The position numbers and the translations under genes are program-made. This document shows positions 1-7,328 of a stretch of DNA of 13,406 bases, piece after piece. The notes under the pieces are model-generated. The model had not been told where the DNA came from and searched no databases. It was given only the letters and a program-made list of their open reading frames with translations. The number at the start of each line of letters is the position of its first letter. Position 1 is the first letter of the stretch. The stretch is from Candidatus Kapaibacterium sp. Lineage in GTDB: Bacteria; Bacteroidota; Ignavibacteria; Kapaibacteriales; UBA2268. Location of the stretch: assembly GCA_028376765.1 (NCBI GenBank), contig JAONBD010000036.1:1-13406 (forward strand). The letters run 5' to 3'.

Positions 1-775
1 TATATTTGCCTTCAATAAATGTATCAAATAATTCACGTTTAATGATAGCATCCTTACGCATATCACCTTCTTTACGCATTTCCAAAAGGTCATACTCTAT
101 TCCATGTGTATCTAGCCAAGCAATAGTCTTATCTTTATATGTATCATATCTACCTGAGAAAAGTATAATATTAGTACCCAGTTGCTTATAGGTCTTCAAT
201 AGATTAGCTACTGGCTCATTTAACTTATCCTTATCGCATTCTGATGCAATATATGGGTCTCTGCCATTAAGTAGAGATAGAGTGCCGTCAAGGTCGCATA
301 TAATGGCTTTTGGAAGATTCGTATCTTGCACTCTATACTCAAGTTCTTTCTTATAAAACTTATGAGCTAGCTCTCTAATTCTTTTCTTGCCAACTGGCTT
401 TTCACGCTTTGAATCTCTTTCAACACAGACTTCAACTGGAGTATCAATTTCTACAATCTCAACTTTTACATTTTCTTTACTTTCTTTGATATACTCTTGC
501 ACTAGTTGTGAGATTCGAGCTTCATTTTTAGATGATAAATTCAAATCATCTATGATTACGTGCTTACCTTCTTTAAGAGCCTCGATTAACAGTTCATCTC
601 TTAATTTCTTGACAAACTTTTCATTTCCTTTACTGAAATGCCCATTATCAAGCATAGCCCTCAGCTCATCTCTGTTGATTCGCTTATAAGAGTTTGGTTT
701 TTCGTCTATCAATTTCTTAGCGTAAGTTGATTTACCACTTCCGGGTAACCCACGCATTATTATTACTTTTTTCAT
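1..775 (-). CDS. pnk: Polynucleotide 5'-kinase/3'-phosphatase (T4 Pnk/PseT-like), 3' end truncated by window edge; ATG at 775..773
   Basis: The minus-strand translation begins MKKVIIMRGLPGSGKSTYAKK, an N-terminal P-loop kinase matching T4 Pnk GCPGSGKST. A downstream HAD phosphatase motif I, AIICDLDGTLSLLNGRDPY (DxDGT), is present. About 258 aa are visible, against about 301 aa for T4 Pnk. There is no stop before position 1, which explains its absence from the ORF track. The start lies 1 nt after the stop of the upstream RNA ligase gene. Confidence 0.9.
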   Translation of the reverse strand, partial: MKKVIIMRGLPGSGKSTYAKKLIDEKPNSYKRINRDELRAMLDNGHFSKGNEKFVKKLRDELLIEALKEGKHVIIDDLNLSSKNEARISQLVQEYIKESKENVKVEIVEIDTPVEVCVERDSKREKPVGKKRIRELAHKFYKKELEYRVQDTNLPKAIICDLDGTLSLLNGRDPYIASECDKDKLNEPVANLLKTYKQLGTNIILFSGRYDTYKDKTIAWLDTHGIEYDLLEMRKEGDMRKDAIIKRELFDTFIEGKY

Positions 776-776
776 T

Positions 777-1796
777 TTATTCATCCATATTTGAAAATGG
801 TTTTGAGAAGATTGGTCTTAGCATCTTCCAAATTGTTTCACTGTAATCCCTATCATCTAGCATATTAAATAACACTGATGGATATTTACAGGTTTGGAAG
901 TATAAAGCGGTTTCTTTCCTAGTACCAAGTACCTTATAATCAGCTTTAGACTTATCTTCTATTTGTTTATAATTACTTTCTAATTCGTTCTTAGTTTCAA
1001 GCACCCATTTGTAGAACTCATCTGGTACTCTTTCAATTATTTCATCTAAACTCTGCCCAGTTCTAAGGTATTCCCAAATACTTATATTTGATACATTGGT
1101 AACAATTCTGTGAATCCTTAAATACTCACTGAACTTAATTTTATATCTCAGACCGCTAGAAAACTTTATGACAAATCCTTCACGGTTATCTTCTTCAAGA
1201 GATTTCAACTTGTTAATATCAGATAAACCATTATGCTTTTTTACAATTGGAAATCCAATTTCAGGTAAATCTATTTCATCCCCAGTCTTGTTATTAACTA
1301 GACCAATTAAAATAATATCTTCAAGTCCACCATAGTCAACCACGATTCTATTATCTGGATATATTATCTCAAATAGATAAGTGATACTTTTATCAAGGCT
1401 TTCGATTACATGAGAATATTTACTCTTTAATACTCTTGTCGCTATAACAGATTGCTCACTATCAAATGAACCTCTTGTTGAAATATATGGTTCGTCATTT
1501 ACCCAATATAGTATTCCAAGCGAACCATCTAGCTTCTCGAATACTTCAAATGATTCTTCAGGGATTACTTGATTTACTTTCTCACCAAGATTAAAGAATT
1601 TAGCAAATGGTCTAGCTATAACCCTATTATGTGCATCTAATATAAGACCTCTACAGGCAAGAGTCACTTCATCCCAAAGCGAATCAAATTGCACTTTCTG
1701 AGTATAGTTGTAAATGGAGAGGTCTTCGTTAGGATGAGTTTGCACCCTAACTAGCCCCTCTTCTATATATTTATTTAGTATTTCTTTTGTAAACAT
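777..1796 (-). CDS. rnlA: RNA ligase, T4 Rnl1 (gp63) family
   Basis: The 339-aa product carries nucleotidyltransferase motif I as EKLDGSLGILY (KxDGS; T4 has K99 in KEDGSL). RPFAKFFNLGE matches T4 RPMEKFFNLNE. EGFVIK corresponds to motif IV, and RYKIKFSEYL to the T4 HFKIKSDWY motif V. It sits immediately upstream of pnk with a 1-nt spacer. Confidence 0.85.
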   Translation of the reverse strand: MFTKEILNKYIEEGLVRVQTHPNEDLSIYNYTQKVQFDSLWDEVTLACRGLILDAHNRVIARPFAKFFNLGEKVNQVIPEESFEVFEKLDGSLGILYWVNDEPYISTRGSFDSEQSVIATRVLKSKYSHVIESLDKSITYLFEIIYPDNRIVVDYGGLEDIILIGLVNNKTGDEIDLPEIGFPIVKKHNGLSDINKLKSLEEDNREGFVIKFSSGLRYKIKFSEYLRIHRIVTNVSNISIWEYLRTGQSLDEIIERVPDEFYKWVLETKNELESNYKQIEDKSKADYKVLGTRKETALYFQTCKYPSVLFNMLDDRDYSETIWKMLRPIFSKPFSNMDE

Positions 1797-1798
1797 TA

Positions 1799-2899
1799 TT
1801 ATGCCTCTGGCTCAAATAACTTATTCATTTGAGTAGTAAATTGTACATCAGTACCAAGAGAGATTTTGCCAACTTTCTCTGCGATAGTTTCTATGTATTC
1901 CATCTGCTTTAGCTTGAACAACATTTTGTTATCTCCCATAAGCTTGGCAGTATTTAGTAAATTTCTAGTAGAAGCAGTTTCTTCTCTTCTTTTTATTAAG
2001 TTAGCTTGGGCTTTCTTCTCAGCGATTAGAACTTTATTCATAATCTCTTTGACATCACCCGGAAGAATTATATCCTTTATTCCGCAACTTAATATATCTA
2101 TTCCTAGTTCACTAGCTTTAGATTTCAACGCTTCAAGAATTTCCTTCTCTATGGATAGCTTATTTTCAAGAATTGCATCAAGTGTTTTAGTTCCGATGTA
2201 TTCTCTCAGAGCTAGTTGCATTATCACATAAAGCTGTCTCTCGTAGTCATTGTTCTCAAGAACTGCTTTCAACTCATCAACTATTTTAAATCTACCGATA
2301 AAGTTTAACCTTATATTAGCCTTATCCTTAGTTAAGATTTCCTGACCAGAGAATTCCATTTGTAAAGCTCTAGTATCTATGATTTTCACATTGATAGTTC
2401 TTAAATTTTTCCAGAAATAGTAAACTCCAGCACCAAGTGTTTCAACTAGCTCGCCATCTACGAAAAGTAAGCCTTTTTGGTATTTCTCAACATTGCAGGT
2501 CTGGATATACTGTTTTGTATTTAGGTGAAAAAGGATAGTCTTATTCAGATTTATATCAACTTTCATATCGTTAGTATCAGTTATCTCAACAGAGTAGTCT
2601 TTTGCATTCTTCCAGCAAGCGTACTTGCCGGGTGTTAAGATATTCTTATAGTTCTTGCCTTCATAATATATTCCAATTTCATTGTCTGAGATTTCGATAA
2701 CATCAAGCATTTCAGCCAACTCTTCATCTTTGAGAAGTATCTCTAAATCTGTACTTGGTCTGAATTCTTTTGTCATATCGTAGATGATTACATTTTCAAA
2801 AGGTTTTACAAAATATCTACCTTCTGTAATTACTTTCTGAAAAGCATCTCCTTTGTACACCAACCCAACTGTATATGGGTATATTTTTATTAGTTTCAT
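1799..2899 (-). CDS. SPFH/band-7 (stomatin/HflK/C-like) domain protein with ~140-aa non-hydrophobic N-terminal extension
   Basis: The 366-aa product has a C-terminal two-thirds that aligns to the SPFH core: EILTKDKANIRLNF ~ stomatin ITKDNVTVKVDAV; LALREYIGTKTLDAILENK ~ TTLRSVLGQHTLDELLSER; and LGIDILSCGIKDIILPGDVKEIMNKVLIAEKKAQANLIKRREETAS ~ [43 protein letters not shown]. No N-terminal TM helix is visible. Its stop at 1799-1801 lies 2 nt from the rnl start, so it is the first gene of a three-gene coupled operon. Confidence 0.7.
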   Translation of the reverse strand: MKLIKIYPYTVGLVYKGDAFQKVITEGRYFVKPFENVIIYDMTKEFRPSTDLEILLKDEELAEMLDVIEISDNEIGIYYEGKNYKNILTPGKYACWKNAKDYSVEITDTNDMKVDINLNKTILFHLNTKQYIQTCNVEKYQKGLLFVDGELVETLGAGVYYFWKNLRTINVKIIDTRALQMEFSGQEILTKDKANIRLNFIGRFKIVDELKAVLENNDYERQLYVIMQLALREYIGTKTLDAILENKLSIEKEILEALKSKASELGIDILSCGIKDIILPGDVKEIMNKVLIAEKKAQANLIKRREETASTRNLLNTAKLMGDNKMLFKLKQMEYIETIAEKVGKISLGTDVQFTTQMNKLFEPEA

Positions 2900-3026
2900 T
2901 GTGAAAACCTTAAATTTTAATTAATATTTATATTCATTAATAACCAGAATAACTCATTCTCTTCGAGCGGAATCTGATTTTAGTTAACTCAATTACTTAT
3001 TCCTGATATTCTAAAAAAGTTTCAAT

Positions 3027-3038
3027 CTACAATTGTAG
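3027..3038. promoter_or_regulatory. Perfect 12-bp palindrome CTACAATTGTAG (CTACA/TGTAG half-sites) ~128 bp upstream of the SPFH-rnl-pnk operon start
   Basis: The palindrome is read directly from the sequence. The same half-sites occur in the two 21-bp palindromes upstream of the WYL regulator gene. Confidence 0.4.
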
Positions 3039-3209
3039 TAAATTTGATTTTTTCAGAATAGAAATCCTAATTAATTTCAATAACGGTATCCATCATCATC
3101 TGGCTGAAGAGAATGTGCTTTGTCAGAATAAACTGAAAAAGCTTTGTTACCCTAGAATTTATACCAATTTGGTATTCGACAACCATTTTTAAAAGTGGTT
3201 AGCTTTGAG

Positions 3210-3232
3210 TGCTGAATTAACAATTCAGTGCA
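3210..3232. other. Hairpin: 7-bp stem CTGAATT/AATTCAG with 3-nt loop (possibly extended by G-C/G-U pairs), located just downstream (minus-strand sense) of the tRNA-like fragments
   Basis: gtgCTGAATTaacAATTCAGtgc. No clear U-tract follows on either strand, so terminator function is uncertain. Confidence 0.35.
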
Positions 3233-3247
3233 ATACCAATTATGCGA

Positions 3248-3261
3248 CCATGTTTCCATGG
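3248..3261 (-). other. GNRA-type tetraloop hairpin CCATG-GAAA-CATGG immediately 3' of tRNA-like fragment A
   Basis: The minus-strand sequence is ...GTCCTGT CCATGGAAACATGG TCGC. It forms a perfect 5-bp stem with a GAAA loop. Confidence 0.4.
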
Positions 3262-3321
3262 ACAGGACTCGAACCTGCATTTTAATTGTGGCTATTGCTC
3301 TACCAATTGAGCTACCTTATT
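3255..3321 (-). pseudogene. tRNA-like element A: canonical D-arm and T-arm but truncated anticodon region and non-pairing acceptor ends (degenerate/pseudo-tRNA)
   Basis: Minus strand: AATAAGG-TA-GCTC-AATTGGTA-GAGC (a textbook D-arm) ... GCAGG-TTCGAGT-CCTGT (T-arm with G-U closing pair) -CCATGGA. Only 18 nt separate the D-stem from the T-stem, where about 22-23 are needed. The 5' AATAAGG cannot pair with the 3' CCATGGA, so no cloverleaf forms. Confidence 0.4.
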
Positions 3322-3346
3322 AGATAAGGATAGGACTCGAACCTAC
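3260..3346 (-). repeat. Imperfect 19-nt direct repeat G[C/T]AGGTTCGAGTCCT[G/A]TCC (copies at 3260-3278 and 3328-3346), i.e. duplicated tRNA T-arm/acceptor 3' end
   Basis: The two copies differ at 2 of 19 positions and lie 68 bp apart. Duplicated tRNA 3' ends of this kind are typical att-site scars of tRNA-targeting integrative elements, though they could equally come from a tandem tRNA pseudogene array. Confidence 0.45.
3322..3346 (-). other. tRNA 3'-half fragment B: T-arm GTAGG-TTCGAGT-CCTAT plus acceptor 3' strand CCTTATC and discriminator T, abutting element A
   Basis: Minus strand: GTAGGTTCGAGTCCTATCCTTATCT. No matching 5' acceptor, D-arm or anticodon arm could be folded from the 70 nt upstream. 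CCTTATC is complementary to the (A)ATAAGG that begins element A directly downstream. Confidence 0.4.
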
Positions 3347-3541
3347 AACCCATAGCGTGGTTGGATTTGAACTAATCTTGCTGGATATAATCATAGTAGA
3401 ACTATGTTATACAATGGTGATGTAAGAATCACTCAACTAGGCAATAGATTAGACTTTATCCAATATTTTTAAATTCTATTTGATTTGAAAGAACATTTTC
3501 GATTTGTGTCTCGTTTCTTATAATTCAAAGCTAAAGTTCAT

Positions 3542-3562
3542 CTACGCACCATATATGTGTAG
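3542..3562. promoter_or_regulatory. 21-bp imperfect palindrome CTACGCACCATATATGTGTAG, candidate operator (site 1) ~175 bp upstream of WYL regulator gene
   Basis: The ends are CTAC...GTAG and the left arm carries a GC insertion. The site is related to site 2. Confidence 0.35.
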
Positions 3563-3664
3563 CAGAAATTTTATTATTGATAACATTGAATTAAATCTAA
3601 ACTCATTGTATTATATTGAGGTTAGGTCTGAAATTAAATTTTAAAATAAATAACTCGCTTGAAT

Positions 3665-3685
3665 CTACACATATAGAGTGTGTAG
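3665..3685. promoter_or_regulatory. 21-bp palindrome CTACACA-TATAGAG-TGTGTAG, candidate autoregulatory operator (site 2) ~52 bp upstream of WYL regulator ATG
   Basis: The site has perfect 7-bp inverted arms. WYL/BrxR/CapW-family regulators typically bind inverted repeats in their own promoters. Confidence 0.45.
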
Positions 3686-3736
3686 TTAAGTAAATTTTTA
3701 CTAAATTGGGTTAAATAAATATTCAGGATTGAATAA

Positions 3737-4750
3737 ATGCCAGCAAATAAATCAGCACTAATCAGATATAAAGTAATAGATGAATGCCTTAGAAATATTT
3801 ATAAGAAATGGACACTTGCAGATTTAGTAGATGCAGTCTCTGATGCCTTATATGAATATGAAGGCATTCAAGATGGCGTGAGTTACCGCACAATCCAGCA
3901 GGATATTCAAACCATGCGGTCTGATAAGCTGGGTTATAATGCTCCTATTGTTGTATTTGAGCGAAAATATTATAAGTATGAAGACAAGGATTATAGTATT
4001 ACTAATTTACCAATCTCATCTATTGACTTGGATAAGATGAATGAAGCTGTTGGTATTCTGAAGCAGTTTAAAGGGTTTAGTTATTTCTCAGAGCTAACTG
4101 AAATGATTACAAAGCTTGAAAGTAAAGTATATTCTACTAAAAGCGATGGAGCAAGCTTCATACAATTTGAAAAAAATGATTTACTAAAGGGATTGAATTT
4201 CATCAACCCAATACACAAATCAATCATCGAGAGAAAAGCAACCTTAGTTGAATACAAATCTTTCAAAGCTGATAAATCACAGCAGATAATCTTTATACCG
4301 TATTTATTAAAAGAATATAGAAACAGGTGGTTTGTGTTGGGAGTAAATAAAAAAAGCCCTAAAAACTATTACATTCTTGCTCTTGATAGAATATCACAAG
4401 TAGAACCTTTATCTACTGAATTATATATTCATGCAGATGAAGACTTTATCTTAAATTATTTTGATGATGTATTAGGAGTATCAAAAACACCGAGACAAAG
4501 AGCCAGTACAATCGTACTGAAAATTAATAAGTCTAACTATCCATATATTGTTACTAAGCCTTTACATCCAAGTCAGAAGGTACTAAAAGAGATGGATGAT
4601 GGTGTGATATTTGAGATTCAAGTGATTTGGAATTTCGAGCTTGAGCGTGAGATATTAGGTTTTGGTGAAGGAGTGAAAGTGCTTTCTCCTCAACGCTTAC
4701 AGAAGAAAATTAAGCATAGGTTGATAGAATCTTCAAAGCATTATGAATAA
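3737..4750 (+). CDS. WYL-domain transcriptional regulator (N-terminal wHTH, central WYL, C-terminal WCX; BrxR/CapW-like)
   Basis: The 337-aa product has an N-terminal winged-HTH-like region (SALIRYKVIDECLRNIYKKWTLADLVDAV). Its WYL-domain signature is IIFIPYLLKEYRNRWFVLGVNKKSPKNYYILALDRISQVEPL (the LDRI motif). The C-terminal WCX-like segment is IQVIWNFELEREILGFGEGVKVLSPQRLQKKIKHRL. Confidence 0.75.
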   Translation: MPANKSALIRYKVIDECLRNIYKKWTLADLVDAVSDALYEYEGIQDGVSYRTIQQDIQTMRSDKLGYNAPIVVFERKYYKYEDKDYSITNLPISSIDLDKMNEAVGILKQFKGFSYFSELTEMITKLESKVYSTKSDGASFIQFEKNDLLKGLNFINPIHKSIIERKATLVEYKSFKADKSQQIIFIPYLLKEYRNRWFVLGVNKKSPKNYYILALDRISQVEPLSTELYIHADEDFILNYFDDVLGVSKTPRQRASTIVLKINKSNYPYIVTKPLHPSQKVLKEMDDGVIFEIQVIWNFELEREILGFGEGVKVLSPQRLQKKIKHRLIESSKHYE

Positions 4751-4829
4751 TATATTGAAACATTAAATTATTAACCACCGTAAATTAAGCAACTCATTTA
4801 TTTGATTTAACAAAAATTCCTATGTATAT

Positions 4830-7328
4830 ATGCTAAATATAGATTCAAGCCAGAAGAAAAGCATGAAAGTTGGCTATGCTTTATCAATCATATTAACGAT
4901 TATGATGTTCATTACAAGGAGAGGAGTTCTCGAAGCTCAAGATGCTAATATACTAGTCTTCTTTGTAGGGTTGGCAATAACTATAGTTTATATACTAGGC
5001 ATCCAAGCTGACAAAAAGCTGAAGTTTAGATTCTGGAAAACTGATAAAGTCTTCCTGACCATATCATTATCCCATTTCCTGTTACTCTGCTTTATATTAA
5101 ATAATACTATAGAAATATTTGGCTATTTCCCTACATGGGTAATGGTATATTTAGTTTACTTCATTGCATCTTTTCAAGCATTTGGTTTAATTGATAAGCT
5201 CAGTCCAAACCTCAAAAACTTAACTTATTTCTCAATTGGAGCTGGTTTTGTATTCATACTATATTTCGCTATCTATCTTATCCCAACTTATGGAATTGGT
5301 CTAATTGGTTTAATCTTTTTAGGGCTTACATTCAACTTGTTTGTACCACTTATTATAGTGGTTTCTATAATTTCCATTATGGTTAAACTTGAGAAATCTA
5401 AAAAAGAGATGATGTACTTCCTCGCAGGTTTAATTGCACCATTATTTATTACATCATTATTCTTGACCAAATGGAATTCACTTCATACTGATATACATAA
5501 AGCTCATTCATCAATAATTCTGAGACCTGATAATACTCTGCCAACATGGGTATTGTTAAGCCAAGATATTTCAACTGACTCATTTACTTCTGACATTATC
5601 AAAGGTAGATATATCTTTGATACATTTGGTAGAATGTGGGGTGGCAATGGAATGAATAGGAATTTTGATGAACGCAGAACCCATGACCCACTGGTAAATA
5701 TTGGAATCTCTTTATTTGGCGAGCTAAACTTAGATATTGATACCAGAATCAAACTCTTAAAATCTAACTTTAATGCAAGGCATCAGAGCCATAGGAGATT
5801 GTGGTCAGGTAGAGATTTATCAACTATAGATGTACTAAACAATATCAAAGTTTATCCAGATTATAGATTAGCATATACTGAAAAGATAATCACTATTAAA
5901 AATAGTGCTTCATGGGAGAGTAATCAACAAGAATCTGTATATACATTTCATTTACCTGAAGGCTCAGTTGCTACTTCATTATCACTATGGATAGAAGGTA
6001 AGGAAGAAAAATCAAGGTTGACAACCAAGTCAAAAGCTGATAGTGCTTACGTGAGTATTGTTGGTATAGAGCGTAGAGACCCAGCATTAATGCACTGGCA
6101 GGAAGGCAATAGACTCTCAGTTACAGTATTCCCATGTACGCCCAAGGAGAATAGAATCTTTAAAGTTGGGATAACTTCACCACTTGAAAAAGAAGGTGAT
6201 AAACTAACTCTAAACAGTATATACTTTGAAGGACCATTCCTAAAGAATACACTTGAGACTTCTGTGATTGATATAGTATCAGATAATTCCGTTGAAGTTC
6301 TTAATATGCCGAGAGGATTTAATAAAGAAATCGATTCTAAATATATTTATACAGGTGAATACAGAAATGACTGGGAATTATCGCTTAAAGCGACTCCTCT
6401 CTCTTCATCACACTTCTCATTTGGTGAATATAGTTATCATATGGTTGAGCAAAAGTTAGAGTGGGTATCAGAAGATATTCAAAATATTTATTTAGATATG
6501 AATAAGAGCTGGAATGAGTCAGAATTTAATAAAGTAATCCAGCAAGCTAGAGGTAAGAATATCTATGTACATTATGATAAAATGATAAAAGTAGATAACA
6601 CAAATAGCGAGGAAGTATTTGATAAACTAAGCCAAAGAAATTTCAGCCTGTTTCCATTTAATGAAATCCCTAACCCAGATAACTCACTTCTGATTACTAA
6701 GTCTGAAGAGCTTTCACCAAACATCTCTGATATTGAAGATACTAAGTTTTATAAGAACTTAACTTCAGGCTTGCAAAAGCACGAAAGTAAAATCAATATT
6801 TTACAACTGGGTCAGATAAGCTCACCGTATCTAAAGACATTAAAAGAATATGACTTATTTAACTTCTATTCTGGAAGCTCTAGTGATATTACTAAAATAT
6901 TAACTGAAAATATATTCCCTAAAGATGTACTAGATTCAAATAGAATCGATATTGAGATGGCAGATATTAGCATCTTGCGTGATACTAATATTGTTCAATC
7001 TAAAGCACCTGACCATCTACTTCGACTATTTGCTTACTCAAACCTTATGAATAAGTACGGTAATGATTATTTCAATAGTGAAAATAAAGAAGTAGAAGAG
7101 CTAGTAAGTATTGCGAATGAAGCATATATCGTTAGTCCAGTCTCATCTTTGATTGTACTCGAAACTATTAAAGACTATGAGAGATTTGGTATTGATGAGA
7201 ATAAAAATAGCCTAAAAAATGCTTCGATGAAATCATCTGGAGCAGTTCCAGAGCCACATGAATGGGTGATGATTGGGATATTTGGATTATTATTGATAGT
7301 GGTTTATAAGAAGAGGTTCATGGCTTGA
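4830..7328 (+). CDS. Polytopic membrane protein: N-terminal ~7-TM domain (aa ~14-213), central VIT (vault/inter-alpha-trypsin) domain (aa ~340-460), C-terminal PEP-CTERM-like sorting signal; putative exosortase substrate (XrtN-system VIT protein-like)
   Basis: The protein is 832 aa, with hydrophobic helices between roughly residues 14 and 213. The VIT-like segment YTFHLPEGSVATSLSLWIEGKEEKSRLTTKSKADSAYVSIVGIERRDPALMHWQEGNRLSVTVFPCTPKENRIFKVGITSPL matches the pattern F.LP..A.V.....I.G...........A...Y..A..........L.......F...V.N.PP......V...Y...L. The C-terminus GAVPEPHEWVMIGIFGLLLIVVYKKRFMA (nt 7245-7325) combines a PEP motif, a hydrophobic helix and a basic cluster. M12 at 4863 is an alternative start. 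Confidence 0.6.
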   Translation: MLNIDSSQKKSMKVGYALSIILTIMMFITRRGVLEAQDANILVFFVGLAITIVYILGIQADKKLKFRFWKTDKVFLTISLSHFLLLCFILNNTIEIFGYFPTWVMVYLVYFIASFQAFGLIDKLSPNLKNLTYFSIGAGFVFILYFAIYLIPTYGIGLIGLIFLGLTFNLFVPLIIVVSIISIMVKLEKSKKEMMYFLAGLIAPLFITSLFLTKWNSLHTDIHKAHSSIILRPDNTLPTWVLLSQDISTDSFTSDIIKGRYIFDTFGRMWGGNGMNRNFDERRTHDPLVNIGISLFGELNLDIDTRIKLLKSNFNARHQSHRRLWSGRDLSTIDVLNNIKVYPDYRLAYTEKIITIKNSASWESNQQESVYTFHLPEGSVATSLSLWIEGKEEKSRLTTKSKADSAYVSIVGIERRDPALMHWQEGNRLSVTVFPCTPKENRIFKVGITSPLEKEGDKLTLNSIYFEGPFLKNTLETSVIDIVSDNSVEVLNMPRGFNKEIDSKYIYTGEYRNDWELSLKATPLSSSHFSFGEYSYHMVEQKLEWVSEDIQNIYLDMNKSWNESEFNKVIQQARGKNIYVHYDKMIKVDNTNSEEVFDKLSQRNFSLFPFNEIPNPDNSLLITKSEELSPNISDIEDTKFYKNLTSGLQKHESKINILQLGQISSPYLKTLKEYDLFNFYSGSSSDITKILTENIFPKDVLDSNRIDIEMADISILRDTNIVQSKAPDHLLRLFAYSNLMNKYGNDYFNSENKEVEELVSIANEAYIVSPVSSLIVLETIKDYERFGIDENKNSLKNASMKSSGAVPEPHEWVMIGIFGLLLIVVYKKRFMA

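Noticed and set aside
6-191. 61-aa plus-strand ORF at the window start
   Set aside because: It lies antisense within the well-supported minus-strand pnk coding region and has low-complexity content. It is almost certainly a spurious reading-frame artefact.
387-689. 100-aa plus-strand ORF
   Set aside because: It lies antisense to the pnk kinase-phosphatase linker region. The serine/leucine-rich low-complexity translation is typical of the reverse frame of an AT-rich gene.
1866-2231. 121-aa plus-strand ORF
   Set aside because: It lies antisense inside the SPFH-domain gene, which has clear homology-style motifs. No independent support exists.
3255-3400. Two intact tRNA genes (initial impression from GGTTCGAGTCC T-loops and a TAGCTCAATTGGTAGAGC D-arm)
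   Set aside because: Manual folding fails. Unit A lacks about 4-5 nt of the anticodon arm and its acceptor ends do not pair. Unit B has no identifiable 5' half. I therefore report them as tRNA-derived fragments or pseudogenes rather than functional tRNAs.
4081-4266. 61-aa minus-strand ORF inside WYL regulator gene
   Set aside because: It is antisense to a CDS that carries recognisable WYL motifs, so it is spurious.
5288-5752. Two short minus-strand ORFs (60 and 82 aa) inside the VIT-protein gene
   Set aside because: They are antisense to a long, uninterrupted 832-aa ORF and have no features of their own.
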